NCBI GenBank assembly: GCA_037479045.1 | Contig: JBBFLL010000002.1 | Coordinates: 73,108 to 137,107, forward strand | DNA: 64,000 nucleotides | Direction of reading: 5' to 3' | Source of the DNA: Brevinematales bacterium | GTDB lineage: Bacteria; Spirochaetota; Brevinematia; Brevinematales; JAOACQ01 | Part shown: positions 1 through 8,687 of the stretch, piece after piece | Numbering within the stretch: the stretch's first letter is position 1 | How the letters are laid out: each line of letters starts with the position of its first letter | The notes under the pieces: generated by a model | Databases searched by the model: none | Told to the model about the DNA's origin: nothing | The model's input: only the letters and a program-made list of their open reading frames with translations | Made by a program: the position numbers and the translations under genes

Positions 1-638
1 ACTACTGTAAAACCAACAACTCTTTTTCCCTTGAATTCAAAATCTTTATATTCCGCTGTTTTTATTTCTTCCCCTGATGGTGTGTAGTATATTCTTCTAT
101 AGGTTAAAAATGTGTCTTTTTCTATCCATATATCTATTCTCGCATAAAGATCCTGCTTCAAAGGTTTCAAGAGAAGGTAGTAATAGTTTTTCCCCTTTTC
201 TTCAACCTCCTTAATTTCCTCTGCAAAATAATCCTCAGAAATATCACTACTGAAAACATCACCCCAGGAAAACCCTGTCCCCATAAAAAGAGCCTGATAA
301 CTCATAATATCTGGTTTATGCCATTTATTTGGTTTATAGTATATTACGTCACCACTTCTCATACCGACATCATTCAAATTTATTGCTGGAGATTTCCATA
401 TACCTGTCTGATATTTCCTACCCTTTTTGTAGCATTGAAGTTCATAAGTTTTTAGGGGTGCATTTTTTTCTTTACTTTCTATGTAAAGATTAAAACTTCC
501 CTCATAAGGATACAGGGTTGAATCAGCTTCTTCAAGTATTTTCTTTCCCTTTTCCTTTGTAGTTTCAGAAAAAATATTCTCTGAAATCAATAAAATTAGG
601 CATAATGTAAACAAACAAAATAAAATTGTTTTTCTCAT
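1..638 (-). CDS. LolA-like outer-membrane lipoprotein-sorting/carrier family protein, N-terminal ~212 codons (runs off window start)
   Basis: Not in the ORF track because there is no stop in the window. ATG is the revcomp of 636-638, preceded by GGAGGG (revcomp of 642-650). My translation gives MRKTILFCLFTLCLILLISENIFSETTKEKGKKILEEADSTLYPYEGSFNLYIESKEKNAPLKTYELQCYKKGRKYQTGIWKSPAINLNDVGM..., with a signal peptide, open to position 1. The body resembles the LolA-like 'outer membrane lipoprotein-sorting protein' family, from memory only. Confidence 0.5.
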   Translation of the reverse strand, partial: MRKTILFCLFTLCLILLISENIFSETTKEKGKKILEEADSTLYPYEGSFNLYIESKEKNAPLKTYELQCYKKGRKYQTGIWKSPAINLNDVGMRSGDVIYYKPNKWHKPDIMSYQALFMGTGFSWGDVFSSDISEDYFAEEIKEVEEKGKNYYYLLLKPLKQDLYARIDIWIEKDTFLTYRRIYYTPSGEEIKTAEYKDFEFKGKRVVGFTV

Positions 639-654
639 CTTTCCCTCCAAAAAT

Positions 655-1875
655 TTATGTTCTTCTCAATAACTCACAAACTGAAGAAAAACCAAGTTTA
701 ACAAAAATTGGCAACTGTGCAAATGTTATTGCTATTGTATTCAGTAAAAGTGCAAGAGCAATCTGATAGGGCTTAATATAAAAATCAAGCTGATTTGTTC
801 CAGCCATAAGTACTGTTATGACTTCAAAAACTCCTTTCACGTTCCTTGAGCTTAAAAGTGAAGCAAAAAATATAGAAATTAAAGTGGCTATAAAAAGAGA
901 ACACAAAAGCTGGACAAATGACTCAAGGTATAGTAGTAAATTTATCCTCCCCTTTGGAATTCCCATGGCCATAAGAGCACCTATGTATGGTTGTTTTTGC
1001 CTGTAAATCATTACATAAACATTAAAGTTTACAACTACTACAATTGAAAGTACTACAATAATGATGAGAGAAATAAGTATAATCAGGAAGAAATTAAATT
1101 GTGTAGAAACATTCAAAGGATTTAAAGTAGAAAGACTTGTAATATTTATTGTAAACATTCCATCTCCAAACTCTTTTTTCATAAAGGGCAGGATGTAGTT
1201 CCAAAGTTCATCTATGTCTTTGTAGGGATTTTCCTTAAGAAATATAGCGTATTCAATTTCTTCAGGTTTTGGGAAGAAAAACTTCTCCATTTCCTCGTAA
1301 GTGAATAAAAGTCGTGGTTGTTGAAAGAAAGTAAGTTTTGTAGAGTTATATATTCCTACAACTTTGCAGGTTATAACATTGTAAAGTTTATCAGAAGTCT
1401 TACCACTTATGCGAATTACATCTCCAACCTTTATTTCTGACCTCTGTAAAAGTGAGGAAGGGATAATCACCTCTCTGCTTTTCTCTGGTAATCTTCCTTC
1501 TTTTAAATTTATAAACTTCTTTAAATACTTGTCAGCCTTCCAGTTCACACCTATCAACTCAGCCCAGCCTCCACTTGTTTCCATCCCGGTTGTTATGTAT
1601 TCCCCGTACGTTTTTATCCTCGGAGCCACATACAGGACAAAGGGAAGTTTTGAAATTTTTTCAAGCACCTCACTTTGGTTAAAGTTAGCGTTTTTATCCA
1701 CTCTGAAATTTAATTCACCAGAGAAAAGATTGTTTTGTAGTATCATTTGTCTTATAGAACCGTCTCTATATGCAAGGAGCATAATTATTATTACTAAAGA
1801 AACTACATTAACAAAGTACAACTTCCAGATTCTTTTAAATCCATGAAAAATTTCATTCAATATCATTATCCACAT
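655..1875 (-). CDS. ABC transporter permease, FtsX/MacB/LolCE-type (no fused ATPase)
   Basis: 406 aa. N-terminal TM, ~230-aa extracytoplasmic domain and a C-terminal multi-TM FtsX-like bundle. Lies 9 nt downstream of a paralogous permease gene. Confidence 0.7.
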   Translation of the reverse strand: MWIMILNEIFHGFKRIWKLYFVNVVSLVIIIMLLAYRDGSIRQMILQNNLFSGELNFRVDKNANFNQSEVLEKISKLPFVLYVAPRIKTYGEYITTGMETSGGWAELIGVNWKADKYLKKFINLKEGRLPEKSREVIIPSSLLQRSEIKVGDVIRISGKTSDKLYNVITCKVVGIYNSTKLTFFQQPRLLFTYEEMEKFFFPKPEEIEYAIFLKENPYKDIDELWNYILPFMKKEFGDGMFTINITSLSTLNPLNVSTQFNFFLIILISLIIIVVLSIVVVVNFNVYVMIYRQKQPYIGALMAMGIPKGRINLLLYLESFVQLLCSLFIATLISIFFASLLSSRNVKGVFEVITVLMAGTNQLDFYIKPYQIALALLLNTIAITFAQLPIFVKLGFSSVCELLRRT

Positions 1876-1884
1876 AGGCTTTCC

Positions 1885-3117
1885 TCAAAGTTCTCGTAAT
1901 ATTTCAACTGAACTTATCTGTCTAAGTTTTCTTATTATCATCAATATATTTGAAAAGATCATCATCAAAATAATTAGCAATGTGATCAATAATGTTGACG
2001 AATGCCCCTGGATTGTTAATCTCTGAGCACCAAATATAAATTGAAGTGGTATTATATTGGCTTCTATTCCGGATTTTTCCATAAGAGATGTTAAAAAGTT
2101 TCCAGAAACCACACCCATTATGCTAAATGTGAGTATAACTATCATAAACTCTCCCCCCAGAAGCGTTGCAATTCTATGGACTTTTACTCCCATTGCATGA
2201 TAAATCCCAATTTCCTGCAAACGGCTATCAATAGAAAGATAAATCAAAAACGATCCACATGCATAGATTAAAGTAAGTAAAACTATAAGGACACCTATAA
2301 TTACAATGGAAGTAATACTTGATATTCCACTTAAAAGTGAGGCAGAAGCAAGCGGGAATATGAATTTATATTGTTTCCCAAATTCCTTTTCAACCTCATG
2401 AATCAAAGTTTTTTTATAGGATTTATCTTTTAACTTTACCCATATTTCACTGGCAACAGGTTCGGTTGTTCCAAGAAGCTGATTTAAAAAGTCAAGATGA
2501 ACAAAACAATATAAGGCAAACTCAGAGTATATCTCCATATTGACGTAATCCAGTAGACCCGTAAGTCTGACAGTATCAAAATTAATGTACCCATCAAGAT
2601 TTTGAAGGCCAATTCCTAAAATCTCACCCTGTGTGAGATATAGATAATCTGAATGTCTGTAATACATCATTGCATCTGAAAGATTACATAACCACAGTCC
2701 TGCAAAAAGTTTCCTTCCGGGCAAAAGCAATTTCTCACTCTCAGGATCTACCCCAACAAGTATCATATATGCATCATTGTGTTCTGATTTAATATATGCC
2801 CATTTTCTCAATCTTGGTGAAGCAGAAACAACATAATCTTTACTCTTAAGAAAATTCCATAGCTTTTGCCAGGAAGGTAGTGTCTCAACCTTTTTTTCTC
2901 CATCCATAGTTATAATATCTATATGCTTTTTCTTTTCCGGAATTATTATGACATCAGAAGTAAGGCTTTGAATGGCAGAATTTTCTAAGGAATTTTTCAC
3001 AGAGAGTAAAATATTTATAGCTACTACAAGATAGAGAGTAAAAATAAAAATCATTATCCCCAGCAAACTGAAAAGGAAAATATGCTTTCTTATATTTGAC
3101 AAAATTAGCTTAATCAT
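1885..3117 (-). CDS. ABC transporter permease, FtsX/MacB/LolCE-type
   Basis: 410 aa with the same architecture as 655-1875. 4-nt overlap with the upstream gene (3114-3117). Confidence 0.7.
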   Translation of the reverse strand: MIKLILSNIRKHIFLFSLLGIMIFIFTLYLVVAINILLSVKNSLENSAIQSLTSDVIIIPEKKKHIDIITMDGEKKVETLPSWQKLWNFLKSKDYVVSASPRLRKWAYIKSEHNDAYMILVGVDPESEKLLLPGRKLFAGLWLCNLSDAMMYYRHSDYLYLTQGEILGIGLQNLDGYINFDTVRLTGLLDYVNMEIYSEFALYCFVHLDFLNQLLGTTEPVASEIWVKLKDKSYKKTLIHEVEKEFGKQYKFIFPLASASLLSGISSITSIVIIGVLIVLLTLIYACGSFLIYLSIDSRLQEIGIYHAMGVKVHRIATLLGGEFMIVILTFSIMGVVSGNFLTSLMEKSGIEANIIPLQFIFGAQRLTIQGHSSTLLITLLIILMMIFSNILMIIRKLRQISSVEILREL

Positions 3118-3995
3118 AATCCAATTCTTACTCCTGCATCCACATAAACCGATGATGATAAAACATTCATTCCAAATTCAAGATTTATGTTAAGTAAAGC
3201 AAGCATAATTTCAATTCCACCTGAAAGCACAAGTCCTTGAATTTCTTTACTACTGGAATTAACAGTTTTCTCAATGAGATTTTCAACCTCTAAAAAACTA
3301 TCCATTTTTCCCCACATATAAGTATAGTTTAACCTTGCATAGCTATTTAAGAAGAAAAAGGACTTTTCAAAAATCACTTCTACAGAAGGGCCATGATAAC
3401 TTCCATCAAAACCAAACTTTGCGTTATATTGGTTTCCGTCAATTGAAATTTCCCTGCTTTTACTATAATTTCCAGTCCAGTAATTATAACCCAAGCCAGT
3501 TTTTACTCCTATATAGATAGAGTTTTCTTCAGTAAGTTCATAAAGGATGCTTCCCCCGGCCCCAAGAGTTGTAGGACTAATATTTTCACTTCCCATCCAG
3601 CCCTTCACGTAGGTTGTCAAAAGCCATCTTGAAGGAAACATCAATATGAAATTTCCAGATATTAATGGCCATTTAAGACACGGCATTTCAAAAAGTCTTC
3701 TGTAGTCAAGTAAAGTAAAATTATTATCAAATGTATCAAATAGAGAAGAATTTACTTCACTGTACGAAATATTAAAAGAAAAAGATAAGTTCTCCTCACT
3801 CTGTAAATAAATTGAACCATTCTTTTTTACAGTAAGAATGGATGGGATACTTGCCTGTATAGTAGAATTTAAAGTACTTAAAAAAGAGTCTTTCTCTCCA
3901 CGCAACGTATCTATGTCAGAAGTCCATCCGAAAGGTAGAAAACTTGAAACTAATACTATTGATATAATTATCTTTTTCATAAAATTCCTCCTCAT
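3114..3995 (-). CDS. Secreted protein, putative outer-membrane beta-barrel (family not recognised)
   Basis: 293 aa. Signal peptide MKKIIISIVLVSSFLPFGW. Gly/Tyr/Ser/Asn-rich alternating pattern. 4-nt overlap with the upstream gene. Confidence 0.4.
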   Translation of the reverse strand: MRRNFMKKIIISIVLVSSFLPFGWTSDIDTLRGEKDSFLSTLNSTIQASIPSILTVKKNGSIYLQSEENLSFSFNISYSEVNSSLFDTFDNNFTLLDYRRLFEMPCLKWPLISGNFILMFPSRWLLTTYVKGWMGSENISPTTLGAGGSILYELTEENSIYIGVKTGLGYNYWTGNYSKSREISIDGNQYNAKFGFDGSYHGPSVEVIFEKSFFFLNSYARLNYTYMWGKMDSFLEVENLIEKTVNSSSKEIQGLVLSGGIEIMLALLNINLEFGMNVLSSSVYVDAGVRIGL

Positions 3996-5113
3996 TCCTT
4001 AACTGTCCAGGACATCTGTGGAAATGGTTTGTTATTTACATTTCCAAGATATATTGCCACTGTGATTGCACCACTTTTATTCTGTGCAAGTCCAATATCA
4101 AACCTTAAAATGGTTGCTAAACTTTCCATAATGTATATTCCCAGCAAAGGTGCAACATAAAAGCCATAGGCATAAGAAGGTGTGGTATCATAATTTCCTG
4201 CAAGATTACCATTTATACCGACAAGGAAACCGGGTATCAGTTTGATACTGTATGAGGCCAGATACCAGAATGGCGGTGTATAGAAGTAGAAGCCACCCAT
4301 CGGAGAGTAATATCTGAGTTCGATAGCTGTCCAGCCGACATAATCTCCTACCATAGAAGGTCCACCAATTGAATAAGTGGAAAATTTATAAGGTCTTGGT
4401 ATTGTTCCAATTCCTCCTGTTCCTTTCAAGTAGAAAGAAAGTGTCCACCAACCTCCAAGTGAGAAAAGTAACTGGGATTCAGCTTCCAGACTTGTAAAGT
4501 TTGTTCGTTCCAAAACCCAGTTTTCTGAAATACCGAGAGAGAGATACACACCCTTATGCGGATATGTAGGGACATATCCCTCATACCAGATATCGAAATC
4601 AGAACGCCTCGAGTTAAAAGATAAAGCCGCAGTAGTTTTTACAATTCTGTAGTTGTATTCCTTAAACTCGTTAATATTAGTTAAGAGAAGGTTTTGAATG
4701 TAATTAGCTCCGATGTTTAAGCCACAGTATGAAAGGAAAGTTGAATTTAAAGACATTCCAATGCTGTCATAACTCTGAGGATAGTACAAATAGCTGGCAA
4801 CACCTTCCTTATTTGAAAGGACAGTAGCACTACCAATATAATGCTGTGCATTATAAAACAAATGCAGGTAGGGACCTTCTTTCAGTAGATTGTAAAAACC
4901 CCCATCAATTCCAAATTGAGAATGATACTCCAGAAATTTTTCCACACCGAAAGAAGGTAAATATGAAACTGACAAAAAGCTTTGTGGAACTCTGCTACTT
5001 TCAACTGGTTTTTCTTCTTGATTCGTCAGAGAAAATACTGTGCCATATTCTTGATGTAAAATGAAAATCAAGAATATCAAAAGTATTTTTTTTCTTCTCA
5101 TATTTTTCTCCAC
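3992..5113 (-). CDS. Putative Omp85-like outer-membrane barrel without POTRA domains
   Basis: 373 aa with a signal peptide, aromatic/Gly-rich. The segment YSIGGPSMVGDYVGWTAIELRYYSP resembles the conserved GG...RGY...ELR region of Omp85/'bacterial surface antigen' barrels (memory-based). Confidence 0.4.
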   Translation of the reverse strand: MEKNMRRKKILLIFLIFILHQEYGTVFSLTNQEEKPVESSRVPQSFLSVSYLPSFGVEKFLEYHSQFGIDGGFYNLLKEGPYLHLFYNAQHYIGSATVLSNKEGVASYLYYPQSYDSIGMSLNSTFLSYCGLNIGANYIQNLLLTNINEFKEYNYRIVKTTAALSFNSRRSDFDIWYEGYVPTYPHKGVYLSLGISENWVLERTNFTSLEAESQLLFSLGGWWTLSFYLKGTGGIGTIPRPYKFSTYSIGGPSMVGDYVGWTAIELRYYSPMGGFYFYTPPFWYLASYSIKLIPGFLVGINGNLAGNYDTTPSYAYGFYVAPLLGIYIMESLATILRFDIGLAQNKSGAITVAIYLGNVNNKPFPQMSWTVKE

Positions 5114-5124
5114 TTTTTTATATT

Positions 5125-6078
5125 TTATTCTATCCCAAGTCTTTTAAAACACACTTGCTCGACCCATTCTTTATTAAGCCTTCTTGTCACATCAGACCAG
5201 TTCGTAAATTCTTCATAGGTATCAAGAACCGAAACCTCCGCACTTTCTCTACTTCTTCTTACTACAAGTCTACTTTCTTTATCTATCCAGTATATGCAGA
5301 ATTTGCTAAGCGTTCTACCCATAAGAAGTCTCAAAAGAAAATCTTCTGTATCCATCACTACTTTTATCGTATCATAAGTCTTGTAAGTAGTTTCAATTTT
5401 TTCTTCTTTTTCAATTTTTAGTCTACCAATAACTGGTGTCCTGAGAACATTAGGAGAAACAAATTGAGCCATACCACCCTTTTGAATATCCAGAAAACCA
5501 ATAGGAAAAGACATCGTAGCAGCAACATAGTTGAAAAAAGGTAGATTTTTATCTACTTTTGTCCTCCCTTTTTGGATTTTTGTTTCATATCCGTTCCATA
5601 TACCCCACTCAGATTCATAAATTCCACTTGACTCATCAAAGAATTCATGATGATACATCCATTGGCCAGCACTGTTTTTTGCCCTTCTGTTTGAAAAAAC
5701 AGCGTCGTATTTTATCACTTGAAGTTTCTCAAGATCAATAAGTTCAACGCTATCAAATTTATCAAGACTTTCGGGAAGAAAGGCTTGGGATTTAATGTCT
5801 TTAGCGTAAGAAGTATAATAGAAACTTCTACCATATATTCTAAGATAGCATTTATTATCAGTCTCTTCTTTTATCCATACATAGTGTTGATAACCTATGT
5901 GCATCCCAGCCATATCGTATAAAGAATAACGTATATAGGCTTTAGATGATAATAAGTTTTTATTAATTAGCAATATACCTTCTTTTGAATAAATAAAATT
6001 AGAAAGAAATAGCTGAGTTGAAAAAATAATTGAAAATCCAACAAAATTTTTCAGTTTTTTGATTATCATTATTAACAT
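5125..6078 (-). CDS. Secreted protein, paralog A of a 3-member family (function unknown)
   Basis: 317 aa with an N-terminal signal-like segment. About 90% identical by eye to 12879-13826, including a 173-nt perfect DNA match. C-terminus is NKEWVEQVCFKRLGIE. Confidence 0.75.
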   Translation of the reverse strand: MLIMIIKKLKNFVGFSIIFSTQLFLSNFIYSKEGILLINKNLLSSKAYIRYSLYDMAGMHIGYQHYVWIKEETDNKCYLRIYGRSFYYTSYAKDIKSQAFLPESLDKFDSVELIDLEKLQVIKYDAVFSNRRAKNSAGQWMYHHEFFDESSGIYESEWGIWNGYETKIQKGRTKVDKNLPFFNYVAATMSFPIGFLDIQKGGMAQFVSPNVLRTPVIGRLKIEKEEKIETTYKTYDTIKVVMDTEDFLLRLLMGRTLSKFCIYWIDKESRLVVRRSRESAEVSVLDTYEEFTNWSDVTRRLNKEWVEQVCFKRLGIE

Positions 6079-6133
6079 TCTCCTTTTCTCTAATATGATT
6101 TTTTCAATTACACAAGTTGTTATACAAAAACTT

Positions 6134-7069
6134 TCAATCTACCCCAAGTTTCTTAAAACACACCTGCTCGACCCATTCTTTATTAAGCTTTTCTGCCACA
6201 TCAGACCAGTTAGTAAACTCTTCGTATGCATCAAGAATTAAGTATTCTGAATTATTCTTATTAATTTTAACCACCATTTTTGTGTTTTTATCTATCCAGT
6301 AGATACAAAATTCCCTCGCCCATCTTCCAGCCATCAGACGAAGTAAAAAATCATGTACATCTGTCCCCAGCTTAATCGTATCAAATTCTCCCAGGACTGT
6401 ATTGATTTTTTCCTCTTTTATTATTTTGAAACTTCCAATAACAGACTCTTTAAAGTACTCAGGAAATGCAAATTGAAATTTTCTTTTGCCTGAAAAGTCA
6501 GTAAACCCAACTGGAAATCTCATACTTAATGCCGTGTAGTTTAAAACAGGTAATGATAAATCCACTTTTGTTCTACCTTTAAAAATCTTCATTTCATAAC
6601 CATTCCACATACCATATTCTGTCTCAAAAAAAGAATTTGATATATCTAATCTATCACTTATGTACATATATTGACCTCGACCTATTTTCTCTCTGCTGTT
6701 AGAATAGACTCCTCTCTCTTCTATTACCTGTGATTTTTCCAGATCTATTATGGCAAATGTTTGAAAACCTTCTAATTTCTCAGGCAAAAAGGCGTGTGAT
6801 TTCTTATCTTTTGCATAGGAGGAATAGCAGAAAATATTTTCATATATCTTAAGATAATTTTTCTCGTTTTCTTTTTCTTTTACCCATACATGATGAGCGT
6901 ACCCTGTGAGTTTGCCGCTTAAATCATAGAAGCCATATCTTAAATAAGCTTTCTCGGGAATTGAATCTACATTTAAAAAAGACTGATTTTTGTTGAGTTC
7001 TTGACCGCCAGATCTCTGAAAAAGGAGGATTAAACAGAATGAAAAAAGAAGTAATCTTACTATAAACAT
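6134..7069 (-). CDS. Secreted protein, paralog B of the same family (more divergent)
   Basis: 311 aa. Signal peptide MFIVRLLLFSFCLILLFQRSGG. Alignable end to end with paralogs A and C (YLRYGFYDLSG..., MWNGYEMKI.KGRTKVD, CIYWIDK, NKEWVEQVCFKKLGVD). Confidence 0.75.
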   Translation of the reverse strand: MFIVRLLLFSFCLILLFQRSGGQELNKNQSFLNVDSIPEKAYLRYGFYDLSGKLTGYAHHVWVKEKENEKNYLKIYENIFCYSSYAKDKKSHAFLPEKLEGFQTFAIIDLEKSQVIEERGVYSNSREKIGRGQYMYISDRLDISNSFFETEYGMWNGYEMKIFKGRTKVDLSLPVLNYTALSMRFPVGFTDFSGKRKFQFAFPEYFKESVIGSFKIIKEEKINTVLGEFDTIKLGTDVHDFLLRLMAGRWAREFCIYWIDKNTKMVVKINKNNSEYLILDAYEEFTNWSDVAEKLNKEWVEQVCFKKLGVD

Positions 7070-7119
7070 TTTCCTGATTTCTCCTTAAATATTTTAAATA
7101 ATCGATTATTTTTTTATTT

Positions 7120-7128
7120 ATTATAACA
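7120..7128 (-). promoter_or_regulatory. Possible extended -10 element (TGTTATAAT on minus strand) in the 193-nt gap upstream of paralog B
   Basis: Revcomp of 7120-7128 is TGTTATAAT. No good -35. This is the largest intergenic gap inside the cluster downstream of its 16164-16342 leader. Confidence 0.3.
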
Positions 7129-7262
7129 GAGCAAGAGATATATTCAGCATCATTTTTAACGACCTTAAAAATACCAATCCTAATATATCTTTACAAAACT
7201 CACATAAGTTCTTTGTATAAAGTATTAACACAATAAACCAGAATTTTCAACTAAAAACTATA

Positions 7263-8687
7263 TTACTTTTCTTTGAGTGCTGGTTTAATATTGTAAGTTC
7301 TTTCTGGAAGATAAAATCCAGAACCAGCAGGAAAATAATAAACATTTGTAATTTTGCCATTTTCATCAAAATAAAGTTGCTCCTTTGAAATATCAGATAA
7401 AGGAGCAAAAATCTCTACATCAGGTAGTTCTTTATGTATCATATTAGCAATATTAGCCCCTTTCTCTCCTCCTTTCCCTGCCGAGCAACTGGATATAACT
7501 ATAACACTATTGGTTGAAAATAACCCTTTGATAGATTTTAATTTTTCTCCATCATTTAAATCCAAAATTTCTTCATCTTTGTATTGATATTCTGTATTAC
7601 TTAACCTGAACATATCAATATTAGTTCCAGCTTTCCAGAATACTATTCTTCCCTCTCTACCATGACCATTTATCAACAATACATCAATCGACTGAAATAA
7701 TGCAGCATCTTTAATTGAATTAACAAATTCTATATCAGATTTTACCTGATAATAACTAACCCTGTACCCATTACTTGAAAGCTCCTCTACATTATGGACT
7801 CTAAAATCTATATCTGCTCTATTTCCAACAAATCCCGTATCAATAATTACTGAAAGTGGTTGAAAATTATCTTTCTGAGGAGATATTCTTTGTCTTGTTG
7901 CAATATCAAAGATTCTCTTATTATAAAATTTGAATGGATTAATAAAACCAAGTTTTGAAATAAGTTTCTCAAAATCATTTAGATTTTCCTTATTTACCGA
8001 AGTCAAAAGTTTCTTCTCAAACGAAGGAAAATAGATAACGAAAGGATTTACAGTAAAAGCTTTATTTACAAAGTCTTTATCTTTCAAGAGAGTTGAGGAA
8101 GCATACCGAAGATACCACCAATCTTCTTTCAAAAGGACAAGAAATAGATTCTTATCTTTCTTTAAAGTAGATTTTTCTTTATTGCCAGCAAAGTCAATTA
8201 TAGCTGGATTATACTTTATACATTCATATAAAAACTTCTTGCTATTTTTGAAACTTTCATCTGCATACTTCAAAGCAACAGGATTATTTTTAACCGCCTC
8301 CAGAACTATTTCCTTGTTTCTCCTTAAACTAAAATCTGCATATTCAAGTGAACTCCCTTCATTTTTTACAGCAAGAAATACTATTTCCTTGTCCTTTTTC
8401 AAGTTTGAAGATGCAAATTTCAGTGCCTTGCCGTTTTTGTTTACTGCAGTTTTTACTATCTCCTTATTACTTTGCCAGTTAGAACCTAAAAAACGAAGAC
8501 TCATAGGATCAATATCAATAACATTTAAAATAAAATCCTTGTCTTTTTTAAAATCTTCAGGAATATCCAAAACTGAAATTTCTCCGTTAGACAATGCCTT
8601 TATTAAGCTTTCTTTGTCAGTATTTTGCTCAGTACTCCAGATTAATCTTCCACATATAAGCAGAAGTATAAAAAAGATTACTTTCAT
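7263..8687 (-). CDS. Secreted DUF4116-repeat protein with a C-terminal domain carrying a His...Cys dyad (possible clan-CD/CHAT-like peptidase)
   Basis: 474 aa with a signal peptide. At least 4 repeats of the pattern KDKEIVxxAVKNNGxALKYAxxxLK, typical of DUF4116. The C-terminal ~190 aa contains LLINGHGREG and VIVISSCSAGKGG. Confidence 0.5.
   Translation of the reverse strand: MKVIFFILLLICGRLIWSTEQNTDKESLIKALSNGEISVLDIPEDFKKDKDFILNVIDIDPMSLRFLGSNWQSNKEIVKTAVNKNGKALKFASSNLKKDKEIVFLAVKNEGSSLEYADFSLRRNKEIVLEAVKNNPVALKYADESFKNSKKFLYECIKYNPAIIDFAGNKEKSTLKKDKNLFLVLLKEDWWYLRYASSTLLKDKDFVNKAFTVNPFVIYFPSFEKKLLTSVNKENLNDFEKLISKLGFINPFKFYNKRIFDIATRQRISPQKDNFQPLSVIIDTGFVGNRADIDFRVHNVEELSSNGYRVSYYQVKSDIEFVNSIKDAALFQSIDVLLINGHGREGRIVFWKAGTNIDMFRLSNTEYQYKDEEILDLNDGEKLKSIKGLFSTNSVIVISSCSAGKGGEKGANIANMIHKELPDVEIFAPLSDISKEQLYFDENGKITNVYYFPAGSGFYLPERTYNIKPALKEK

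Noticed and set aside
818-1846. Track ORFs 818-1006 (+) and 1409-1846 (+) antisense to the FtsX permease gene. Similar antisense ORFs elsewhere include 8182-8733, 26969-27304, 49385-49735, 52246-52866, 57004-57306 and 59021-59626.
   Set aside because: Each lies entirely inside a longer opposite-strand ORF that has clear family motifs. Their translations are low-complexity (Ser/Phe/Leu/Ile-rich), as expected for the antisense of AT-rich coding DNA, and they have no RBS. I treat them as shadow ORFs.
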